Assembly: GCA_043228905.1 (NCBI GenBank) | Contig: JBHGNT010000013.1 | Location: forward strand, 11,966,001 to 12,030,000 | Direction: 5' to 3' | DNA from: Azolla caroliniana | Taxonomy: Eukaryota > Plantae > Polypodiophyta | DNA: 64,000 nucleotides | In this document: piece by piece, positions 13,876 to 25,641 of the stretch | Layout of the letters: each line of letters starts with the position of its first letter | Position numbering within the stretch: the stretch's first letter is position 1 | Notes under the pieces: model-generated | Told to the model about the DNA's origin: nothing | What the model saw: the letters and a program-made list of their open reading frames with translations, nothing else | Databases searched by the model: none | Made by a program: the position numbers and the translations under genes

Positions 13876-14260
13876 TGTTGAGAACCAAGCTCAACCTAGA
13901 CTAGTTGTGAACACACCTTTGAGAATCTATGAGCACTCAAAGGTCAAAAGTCACCACCACTCTCTACACATTAACTATGTGCCATAGAATCATATTCTAT
14001 GACACATAACTAATGAGTTTCCACATTCCCCATGATCAATGAGTTTCGGTAGTTAATGAAGAGAGAGGGTGACTATATAAAGCACCCTCCTCCTACTTTG
14101 TAATGTGTCTGTTAATCTCCTTTGTAATATACAATCTTCTTGAGTATTCTATTTTCCATTCTATCTATCTTGTGTGTCTCTCTCCCCTCTTCTCAAACAC
14201 ACACACAACACACATCTATAACCTATTCCGTTGCATAGAATCATATCTGATTCTTTACCA
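13876..14260 (+). mobile_element. Solo LTR of the copia A/B family inserted in Bianca gag
   Basis: TGTTGAGAA...TTCTTTAC(C)A, homologous to the LTRs at 14825 and 27467. TTTCT occurs on both sides (1-bp offset on the left). No PBS follows. Confidence 0.85.
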
Positions 14261-15118
14261 TTTCTAAACTTAAATTTTGTGGTATGACAACCTTGTTCAA
14301 GAGGCGAATCTAATCAATGAAACGTTAACTACTTTTCATCCCTCAAATTTTAATGTTTTTGAACAATATTGTAATCGTGATTAAATTTAAAACCTATGTT
14401 GAAATCTTATTTGCACTACTTGTCGTTGAGCAACACCACCAAGTTCTCCTCAAGAACAACAAATTTCATCTAGTTAGTCAACTTGCGGCTCCTCTACAAT
14501 TCAAGGATGTGACACATCTTCATCAACACCCATATGCACAGAATAAAGGAAGAGGAAGAACGGAAAGAAATGAACAAAGGAATCAACATCCCACAAGTAA
14601 TCAAGTCAAGCTCATGCACCATCAATCAAAGTCAAGTCAAGATAAGCCTTCATCAAATTCATGTCTTCGATGTGGTTTACAAGGGCATTGGGCAAATACT
14701 TGCCGAACTTCTAAGTTTCATGTTGATCTTTACTAGAAGTATGGCAAGCAAGGTCAAGATAGGAAACCGGAGGCTAATATGGTAGCAGAAACATCAATGA
14801 TCTCACCATCAATTCCAATCTTGGTGTTGAGAATCAAGCTCAACCTAGTTTAATGTGTGAACACACCCTTGAGAGTGTATGAACACTCAAAGGTCAAAAG
14901 TCACACCACTACTCTCTACACATTAACTATGTATCATAGAATCATTTTCTATGACACATAACTAATGAGTTTCCACATTCCCCATGACTCATGAGCTTCG
15001 GTAGTTAATGAAGAGAGAGAGTGACTATATAAAGCACTCTCCTCCTACTTTGTAATAGGTCAATTAATCTCCTTTATAATATACAACCTTCTTGAGTAGT
15101 TTTCTATCTGTCTTGTGT

Positions 15119-15171
<53 letters not shown>

Positions 15172-17149
15172 TAACACACATCTCTAACCTATTCCATTGC
15201 ACAAGAATCACCATCGATTCTTTACATGGTATCAGAGCGGTTTGGTAACTCGATCTAGCCCATCCGCGTGTGTTGTGCTCTACACCGATGTTCAAGAAGA
15301 ACCAGCTCATCACTATCGTAGTGCGGCTACATAGCTCGTATTCAAGAGAGAAGAAGAAGGAAGAAATCTACATCGAACACCATGAATACTCAAATGGGCA
15401 GCGCTCTCCCTAGCGGGAAGTTGGACTGAAACAACTTCGCATCTTGGGAATACAAGATGCACCAATACCTTGTCGGTCAAGGTTATTGGAACTACATCAA
15501 AGGAGCACAAGAAAATAGACCCGACCCAAAGGACGCCGATTACTCAACATGGGAGCAAGCGGCGAGTCGAGTAATGTATTGCTTGGCGACATGTGTTCAA
15601 GACCACATGCTCAGCTACATTCAAGAAGCCACTACGCCAAAGGAAGCATGGGAGAATCTAAGGAAGATATTTGCCGCCAATACGACGGCACGAAAGCTTC
15701 AACTCCGCCAAGAGTTGAACAACATCCAACAACGGGACATGTCCATCACAAGCTACACCTTGAAGATCAAGGAGCTTTGTAACTCGCTCGGCTCAATAAG
15801 ACTCAATGTGGATGATGATGAGATGGTGCAAATATGCCTCGGTGGCCTTGCACCATGGTACGACGCGATGAGAACCGTTGTCCTAGCAAGGGAGAATCCT
15901 CCCTCTTTCTTCAGTCTTCAATCCATGTTGTTGCTTGAAGAAAACCATATTCGAACAAAGAGCAACACCTAGGAAGGCCACATGCTCTACACACATTTGA
16001 ATGGAGGAAGAGGACGCGATCGAGCAAGGGGCGGACGAGATCCAACTTACGACAACAACTCCCAACTTCGGCAACAAGACGAAAGCCATCGAGGAACCTT
16101 CAGAAGAAAGGGGAGCTTCCATTCCGGTCCGAGCCGACAAACGTCGATCGAATGCGAATATTGCGGAAAAATCGGCCATCATGAAGAAGAGCGTCGAAAG
16201 AAGAAGCACGAGTCGGCTTCCACAAGCCACCAACTCCGATTATGAAGATCATGGCAGAATGTTTGTGATGAGATATAGAGCAAATTCTATGTCGCCCTCT
16301 ACTTCGACTAATGCCTCCAATCCGGAAGATGTACGGTTCGTCGACTCCGGTGCTTCGAACCATATGATGTCCCATCAAGAATGGTTCAAAGACTTACGAG
16401 AGTCGGCTCGACCCGGTTATGTCGAGACCGGAGACGACACCAGTCATCCGATTCGGCATGTTGGCAATGTCCCATTCGAGAAAGACGGCGAACAAACTTG
16501 CATCAAAAATGTCTTACATGTACCCACCATAACGAAGAATTTGGTCTCGTTCGGCCAAATTGTGGAACAAGGGATGCAAGTTCGATTCAACCAAGGTGGT
16601 TGCTTCATCGAGAAGGAAGGCCGACTAATTGCTTGTGGTCCCGAATGTTTATTCTCGAAGCGAACGAGGTAAAATCGGCCATGTTTGCAAAGGGTCTCAA
16701 ACCCAACACCGACATAGAGCTATGACATAAAAGAATCAGCCATATTAATCTCAACAAACTCAAGGCGATGCAATTGAAAGGAGTCGTCATTGGGCTCCTG
16801 ACCTTCAAAGAGAAAGAGATTGAAGGAGTATGTGAAGCATGCCAATTCGGCAAGCAACATCGGCACCCATTCCCGAAGGAGAGGAACGAGAGCAAAGACC
16901 TATTGGACGTAGTCCACTTAGATGTGTGGGGACCGACACAGACAGCCACATTCGGAGGATGTCAGTACTATGTTACCTTCATTGACGACTTCTCTAGATA
17001 CACATGGATCTTTCCCATGAGGATGAAGAGCGAAGTGTTTACACACTTCCAAAAATTCAAAAGTGAAGTCGAAAAGACAATTGGTCGCCATGTACGATGT
17101 CTTCGTCGGACAGAGGAAAGGAATACTTCTCCGATGCGCTCACGAACCG

Positions 17150-17580
17150 TTGCAAGGTTCAGGGGGAGTACGTCCGAACCGGGTATCAGCCAAAGCAAAC
17201 ACCAAACAAGAGAGAACCGAATACCGTCCGAACCGGGTATCAACCGACGCGGACAAGCCGACCAAAGTCGAGCTTGAGGGGGCATGTTGAGAATCAAGCT
17301 CAACCTAGTTTAATGTGTGAACACACCCTTGAGAGTGTATGAACACTCAAAGGTCAAAAGTCACATCACTACTCTCTACACATTAACTATGTGTCATAGA
17401 ATCATATTCTATGACACATAACTAATGAGTTTCCACATTCCCCATGATTGATGAGCTTCGGTAGTTAATGAAGAGAGAGGGTGACTATATAAAGCACCCT
17501 CCTCCTACTTTGTAATGTGTCTGTTAATCTCCTTTATAATATACAATCTTCTTGAGTATTCTATTTTCCATTCTATTTTC
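17150..17580 (+). mobile_element. Captured fragment (pol 3' end + PPT + partial LTR) of a related copia inside the integrase of element A
   Basis: Integrase reads ...EYFSDALT, then 3'-end sequence and an LTR from 17285 that is truncated at about 17580, then resumes at GIRRE. Confidence 0.8.
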
Positions 17581-20220
17581 GACAAGGAATTCGGCGAGAA
17601 TATTATTCACTTGCCAACACACACCACAACAGAACAGTGTAGCCGAACGCAAGAATCGGCACATCCTCGAAGTAGCAAGGGGCATGCTAAATGAGAAGCA
17701 TGTGCCCAAGTCCTATAGGGTAGAAGTTGCAAATACCATTGTTTACCTCATGAACCGGTGCACAACATCCGGAGTGCACAAGGTCACCCCGCACAAGAAG
17801 TACTATGGGAAGAAGCCGGATCTATCCCATATAAGGATATTCGGCTCCATTGCATACGTGCACATTCCCGATGAGAAGCGGCTGAAACTTGACCCAAAAT
17901 CAGAGAAGTGCATCCTCGTGGGGTACTCACTAGCGCAAAAGGGGTACAAGTGCTTCAACCCCTCTACTCGGGAGGCTTGTGTAAGTCAGGATGTTGTCTT
18001 TGACGAATCGACATCATGGTACAAACCCGAGCCGACTCCTCCCGAACCATCTACGAACGACCTCGACAACACAGAAGATGATGATCAACTAAGGTCAATA
18101 CTCGAAGAGAGTCCGATCTCAACCAGATTGAGTGGACCACAAGAGCCTCCAAACAACCAAAGCACATCTCTGCCAAGTCCAAAGATGGACAAAGGGAAGG
18201 CCAAAATGCCGGAATATGAAGACGATCACTTCGACGGCAACGAATCGACTCATTCACTCGATAGTGAGTTCGATGGCTTTGATGTGCCTCTTATGAGGTC
18301 ACCCGGCATTAAGAAAGCACTTAAATCGGCAAATGAGAAACTTTGTCGCTCCACCTGAGAGAAGAATCTGGTTAACCATTTCGGCTCCAACAACTATATG
18401 GCATATCACTATGCCTTTATGATGAAGGTGGCAGCAGTTCGAGAACCGGAGAGCTTGGCCGAAGCTGCTAAAGATCCGTGATGGGTCGAAGCGATGAATA
18501 AGGAGATGCAAGCTCTCAACAAGAATGAAACATGGGATCTCATCCCTCACTCACCGCACAAGAAGGCAGTCGGTTGCAGATGGATATACAAAGAAAAGTA
18601 TAATGCTGACAGTTCTGTCAACCACTACAAAGCTCGACTTGTAGCAAAGGGCTACGCACAAACACATGGAGTCGACTATGAAGAGACATTTGCCCCGGTG
18701 GCAAATATGACAACCGTGCGGACCGTGATAGTGCTTGCTGCAGTGAAAGGGTGCAACTCCACCATATGGATGTCAAGAACGTCTTTCTTCAAGGTGTACA
18801 TGGTACAACCACTTGGCTTCAAATCTAATATTCATCTGAAAGCCGTCTTCTGACTCAAGACGCCTCTCTACGACCTTAAGCAAGCACCATGTGCTTGGCA
18901 CTCGAAGATAACACAATATCTTCATCGAATCGGCTTCTGAATGTCAAAATCCGACAATTCTCTCTATGTAAGAAACGATTCCGAAAGTCTGATTGTCATC
19001 ATCCTATACGTGGATGATCTGGTCATTGGAGGTGAGCATCTAGTCAACATCAACAAGATCAAGTCCCTCCTCTCCAGCAAATTCGAGATGACGGACATGA
19101 AAGAGCTCCATTACTTCCTTGGCATTGAGGTAATCCGGACTCCAGCCGGAATAATGATCTCTCAACGACATTACATCCTCAACTTGTTATACAAGTTTAG
19201 GATGATCGAGTGCAAAACAGTGGCAACCCCTCTCGATCGAAACCTCAAACTGGATGCTGCCTCCGGCACCACAGATTGTGAGCCGACTCAGTATCGACAA
19301 TTGATCGAGAGCCTCATCTACCTCATGATCACTCGACCCAACCTGAGCTATCCGGTCGGCCTCCTTAGCCAATTCATGCAAACTCTACGACATATCCATT
19401 CGGAGTGTGCTAAGAGAGTGCTTCGATACGTAACTGGAACGATGGACCATGGCATTCTATAAGTCGGCCACACCAATTCAACTCGAAGGGTACACATATG
19501 CCAATTAGGCCGGCTACAAAGTCGATAGACGATCAACCTCTAGTTTCGTCTTCTCCCTCGGAAGTGGAGCCATCTCCTAGAGTAGCTAGAAGCAACCAAC
19601 CGTCGCTCTTTCGAGCACAAAGGCTGAATACAGGGGCGCGACGGTGCTTGCATGTGAAGCCATATGGCTCAAGAGGATATTGAAGGATCTAGGCGTTCCC
19701 ATTAAAGTTTTGATTCCCCTTTACTGCAACAACATGAGTAGTATTCATTTGGCTCGGAAACTGGTGTTCCATGCACGCACAAAGCATATCGAAGTGCATT
19801 GTCACTTCATTCGAGAGCGGTTTCAGATTGGAGATGTCGACCTTCAACACATCAACACGAATCTTCAGACAATCGACATCTTCACCAAAGCCCTAGGAGC
19901 CGACAAGCTTCGGCAATTCATGTCAAACCTTGGATTGATGATCCCTGACTTGCCAGGCTTCAGGGGGAGTACGTCTGAACCGGGTATCAGCCAAAGCAGA
20001 CACCAAACAAGAGAGAACATAATACCGTCTGAACCAGGTATCAACCGAAGCGGACAAGCTGACCAAAGTTGAGCTTGAGGGTACGTGTTGAGAATCAAGC
20101 TCAACCTAGTTTAATGTGTGAACACACCCTTGAGAGTGTATGAACACTCAAAGGTCAAAAGTCACACCACTACTCTCTACACATTAACTATGTGTCATAG
20201 AATCATATTCTATGACACGT

Positions 20221-21149
20221 TGTCGTGATGTTTTCAACACATAGTGTGAAACCACCACCAAAAAAAAAAAAAATAGTAGTTGAAATAAACTAATATTGTG
20301 AAGTCAACTTTTGTAATAAATGATGAAATGATAAGAAGGTAGAAGCGAATTTTCAAAAGTAGAAAAAAATAGAAAAAGTAAAATAATATTAATATTAATA
20401 TTAACGCAAAAAAAAACGCAAGGCGTGGAATTGAGGAGCAAGGTAGAGAAAAAACCTCATAATTTCCTCATCCGGTGTCCAAATTAGACAAAAAAACATT
20501 CATAAGAAAGCTAACTCAAAGGGCTTTCCAAAAATAGCTTTCATGACTAATTTGGACTTACAAAAATAAGATAGTGATAGAAATAAAACACAACTCATAT
20601 AGACAAGCTTTTTTTTAGGAGAAAAATAAAGTAAACCATAGTAAACCTATAAATAAGAGCTTATTTTAAGAAGAAGAGATAGACGAGGATTGAATAAGAA
20701 AATATTTATATTTCCTCTCTCATACTCTTATACCCCAAAAGGGGAGATACAAAAAATAAATCAATCATGTATCAAAACCAGTCCATTATATTGATGATTT
20801 AGTAATAAAAACTACCCATATTTCTTCTCTTATGCTCTCTTATTTTAAACATTGCTTATGTATAAAGATAATTAAGTGTCATTCATATTCCTGTAATCTA
20901 AGTTTTTCTTACTTATTAGCATTATTAAGTATTATTGAATCTCACATAATCTCCTACTCGAAGATTTGCTTATGCATAAATGTAATTAACTATTATTCGA
21001 TCTCTTATACTACCAATTTGCTCTTATTAGAGGAAAATCGCTCTTCTTTAAGCCTAAAATACATTAAGTGTTAAGCCCTAAATCCTTCCCGTCCAGAACC
21101 CCGGCGGTTCCGCCTCATGATCCGTGCTTATTGGCGGATTTTCACAACA
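20221..21149. mobile_element. 929-bp AT-rich solo-LTR-like insertion (TGTCGTGA...TCACAACA) with 4-bp TSD ACGT
   Basis: Interrupts the element A 3' LTR. ACGT at 20217-20220 and 21150-21153. Termini resemble those of the 10785-11584 insert. Confidence 0.85.
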
Positions 21150-21208
21150 ACGTAACTAATGAGTTTCCACAGTCCCCATGACTCATGAGCTTCGGTAGTT
21201 AATGAAGA

Positions 21209-24200
21209 AAGAATAAAGAAAGAAAGATATATTAATGTCTTCTAAGGCCAAATTTGGCCCATGAGACAATTGGGTTACAACAAAAATGAGTGTTTATCCA
21301 ATCATCAAAACTAAAATAAAAGAAAATAGCTTAAGCTAAGAAAGTTCTAGTAGTGTACAAAACTTTGCACTAAGCCTAATCTCATTTCCACCCAAGTCTC
21401 TCAAAAAGAAGTGGGAGGTTAAAAATTTTTGGTGTGTGTGTGACCCATGGTCCCGATGCATAGAGTGCCCTAGCCATGGCTTCTAGGCGGTGTAGTTCAC
21501 GTTCCCTTATTTTCTTTATTGCTTCTACATCTCGTCGAGTTGCTTTGAAACCCGGCATCCAAGGGCGTTTGGTTCTTCTTTGATTTTCTGCTTCATCAAG
21601 GAAAAGCCCGAGTGGTGCAGGTGTGTCGACATTCATTGTCTCCCCCTGTTCCTGAAAAACTTCATTTGTTACATGTTGGTAAACATTAGCAACATTATTA
21701 TCAACGTTTTGTAACTTATTCTCTCTGTGTTGTTTCAATTCTAAGATGTATCTACCTAATTTCTTTATATCTAGTGTATCTAATAGTTTAGGGAGGGTGG
21801 GAGAGGAACCAAGTATGTCTTGGTATTTTGCCCTTATCTCGACATAGGTGGGGCATTTGCATGTAAAATGGTACTCATCCTCTATCTCTATGTGGCATAA
21901 CCTACATATCCTTTCCTCCCTAGGGACTCCATTAGTACGTCCATTCTCAATCTCAAGTTGGTGAGATGATATTCTAAGTTGACCAATGGCAACCCTTAGT
22001 GCATGTGGTAAGAATACATCTAGATATCTTGGTCGCGTGATAAAACCTAACTTAGAGAAGTGCATAAAGTGTTCCTTATAGTACGACATTTTAGATGGGA
22101 GTGGCTCTAGTGAGGTGATCCATTTATACCGAGTATAAATTTGCCATATTTCTTGGCGTATTACTTTATTACGGTCCTCATGAGAGATTAAAGTGTTATC
22201 AGTTGTGTGGTCATTCTTAAGGGGGGGGGAGGTTATTAATGTCTAGACCGTTGGCAAGAAGCCAACTCACCATCATGCCATACCATGAGCTAGTATAGCC
22301 GGACTCATACAGTGCTCGAGAAGCCTTAAAGGCTTGATGGGATATTCTATCAAGTGGTTGGTTATGTATCCTGTGGATAAAGACTACAAGTTGAAAAAGT
22401 GCTTCTACTAACATAGGGGGTAGAGTGAACTCAGCCCTAATAATGTCATGTGGGTCCGACGATTTGCTTCGAAGTAGGCGTGATAACATCATCACCAATG
22501 GTCTCTCTAATTGCGTCCACATGAAATATGGTAGTCCTGGAGCCCAAACCGTTGATGCATACATGAGAGAGGGAGTCACTAATGAATCAAAGAGCCACCC
22601 TTTAGTTCGTGGATCTTGGAAGTATGCTTGGTGGCATTGTCTCTCGAGGAGTGAGAGGGATGCATGTCCTTTTGTAAGTCTATCCTTCGCTGCTTGTGTC
22701 ATCAAAAATTTACCTGAGCGGGCACTGAAAGTGACTCCGAGATAGACATATGATCCAACCACCTCAACTACGCTATGGGAGATAGTTAGGTGACACTTAG
22801 CTCTAACTTGGGCCGATGTGTGGAAGATAAGGACTTTAGTTTTCCCTAGATTCACTACCAATCCTCGTTGTGTGCAAAAGTCATCTAAGGCATTAAGGTG
22901 CCTTTGTAGGTCGTGTTCGGATTCAGAGAGCAAAACTATGTCGTCTGCATAGAGCAAGATACACACCTACGTATCCCCAAGGACTACTCCATTGCCTCCC
23001 TTACGAGCAATAAAATATGTGATCTCATCAATGTAGATCCCAAAAAGAGTCGGAGATAAGGGGCAACCTTGTTTTACACCAATAGTGCTAGTGAAACTAT
23101 CGGATATGCCACCTGGGCATCAAACACACCCGGATACTTGTTCATATAGTGCGTAGATGGCCCAAACCATGTCATCTGGTATCCTCAAGCTCTTAAGCCT
23201 ATCAAACAACCGCTCTCTAGGGACCGTGTCAAAGGCTTTGCGGAAGTCCACAAAACAACAACATAGTTTCTTCTTGCGAGCCTTAGTCTGGTCAATTAAG
23301 CATCTAAGTGTGAAGATATGATCAATAGTGGAGAAGGCTCGTCTAAAACCAGCCTGTTCAGGTGCACGAAGATTTGAGGTCTCCATATAATCGCTAAGCT
23401 CTGCCTCCATTACTGCACCATATAATTTAGCAAGGGTATGACCTATCATAATGGTCCTATAAGTATTTGGGTCCATGGGGTTCCCCCCTTTATGTATGGG
23501 GGCCACTATGTTCATGGTCCATTGTGGTGGAAAACCCTCTGCGAGGGCACGATTGAAGATTAGAGTTAGCAAGGGGGCTAGGCACTCTCTCGCATATATT
23601 ATGTGTTCTGCTCGCAATCCTGTGTGGTCGATGGACTTCCTATGTTGTAATTTCTTTATGACCTTCGTGACCCTAGAGGTCGTGAAGAGTGTCCCCACAG
23701 TAGGTCGGGGTGTAGAAGGCATTGGAATGGGTGGTTGGTTTGGGATTTGGTAAAGTCTCTTTGTATAAGTGTGCCAAGTTTCGGGATCTTCGATGGGTGT
23801 TTGTGGTCTTGGTTCCCGTAATCTCTTCCATGCAGTGGCACAATCGCTACTCATGAGCATATGGTAGAGTTCCCAATATTGGGATGTCTCCCATGCTCGT
23901 CTCTTACGACATGTCATCTTGCGCATTTCATTACGAGCTTGTACTAAGGTAATACTACCACTGAGTTGTGATATTGTAAGTTGTCTATGTAAGCACCTAC
24001 AATCCTCATCATACCATCTATTTTGTGGCATAGATCCTACTTTACCTTGATTGGAGTGTTTCGTGTATGGGAAACTGCTAACTGCTGCAGAGTGAAGGAT
24101 GTGTGTGAGTTTCGTACTAAGGCTCTCTAAAGGTAGGGAGGGATCAAGGGAGGAGAGATGGTCTTGAACATGTCGAGCATATATGTCAGAGAGCTCATGT

Positions 24201-25641
24201 GTGAAATGTATTGTGATGTCATGGCGTGGTTGACTAGAGTTGGTGACGTTAGAGATATCGCATTTTAGCTCGAAGTATAAGAAACTATGGTCCGCACCAA
24301 TAGGACATGGGGCCACTCGGAAGGAGTTAATCATGTGGGTAGCTTCAGGGCGTCCTATTAGATAATCGACTGTGATTTCCCCTCCTCCATGTGGGAAACA
24401 TGTGAGCTCTTCTGAACCTGGCCACTTGGCTAAACCATTATATATGACCATATGGTGCCGACTGCCGAGTTCGAGCAAATGATGGCCAAAGTTCGTGGCG
24501 TCCGCACCTTGATCCTTTGGTCTACGTGTGGTGTCTATGTCTAAAGGATCGACATTTACCATTTCTAGGTTTCTATTCATTTGGAATAATGTGCATTGTT
24601 GGGACTGGGTTCTCGCATTAAAGTCTCCTACAAGGAATGCTTCTCCTTGGGAAGAATATCGGATTATGTCATCCGATAGAGGTTCATATGGGGAAGGCCC
24701 ATGTGACACTCCTTCATCAACTAATCTCACCTCGCCAGCCAGATTATAGCGAGAGCCTTTCGGGGGAAAGTAACAAATGGCGAAAAATACTGCCTTGTCC
24801 TTGCTTGTGGAGACTTTCACCCACATAAAACGAGCTTCTAGGTCTGTGCTCAGTATTTCTATCCTATTATGTAGCTCCCTCTGAAACAATATTGCGACAC
24901 CTCCAAATCCCCTAGTAGTGCATCGACGTGAGGAGTCGACTCCCAACGAAATCCTTCAACTCGTGGGAGTCCCCTATTTGGGCTTTGGTGTGTTTCTACT
25001 AGACAAACTATATCTGATTCCTTTAATATCTCCTCTAGGCAGCCGGGGTGTGTCCAGAGTGCGCCGTTATAATTCCATAAGGTCATCCTAAGTGTGTTTT
25101 CTGTCACATGGGCCACACGCCGTCAATTAGTAGTGCGATCATTTATGATCACTCACCCATCTCGATAAAAGGCGCGATGCCCGTCTTTACGAGCTTGCAT
25201 AACCTTTGGCATACAACTCTTGCGATGCTCAATTTTCATATTGGTGAGGTCTTCATCGAGATAGATAGGGTCCCCACCCAATCCTCAAAGAATTGGTCTC
25301 TTCTTAAAGAAAGTGATTCTAGAGTCTAAGTCTTTAAATTGAAGAACTAAGGCTCTCTTCCTAGTTGTGTCGCGTCCGGCCCTCCAAGCTTTGGTGATAG
25401 GTAGGGTCGTTGTGTACCCTAACATTTTCCCGAGTGTTTGTGCATCCTCGTCCGGGGATGCACCTTCCTTGCGCCCAGTGACACGCACATTTAGGCGTCG
25501 GGCCTGACGCATTTTCTCCTCTTCGAGGGTGGTATTAACAATATTTTCATCCTTTATTTCTTTTTTAATGTTTCTTTTAACCACATCTACCCTTTTTGCT
25601 AACTCTATGTTATTTTTAACCTCCTCTTTAACTTTTTTGTA
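21209..25641 (-). mobile_element. 5'-truncated non-LTR retrotransposon (LINE), RTEX/RTE-X-like: ORF1 (RRM/L1-type C-terminus) + ORF2 (APE-RT-Cys/His)
   Basis: ORF1 about 25124-25641 (RRLNVRVTG...IYLDEDLT). ORF2 APE (LWNYNG, LVETH, GDFNART, GADH) and RT (EQAGFR, FVDFRKAFDTV, LLYADDIV). C-terminal LRISSHQLEIENGR...CRLC...EDEYHFTCKC. (TTTC)n-type tail near 21209-21227. Several stops and frameshifts. Confidence 0.88.
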
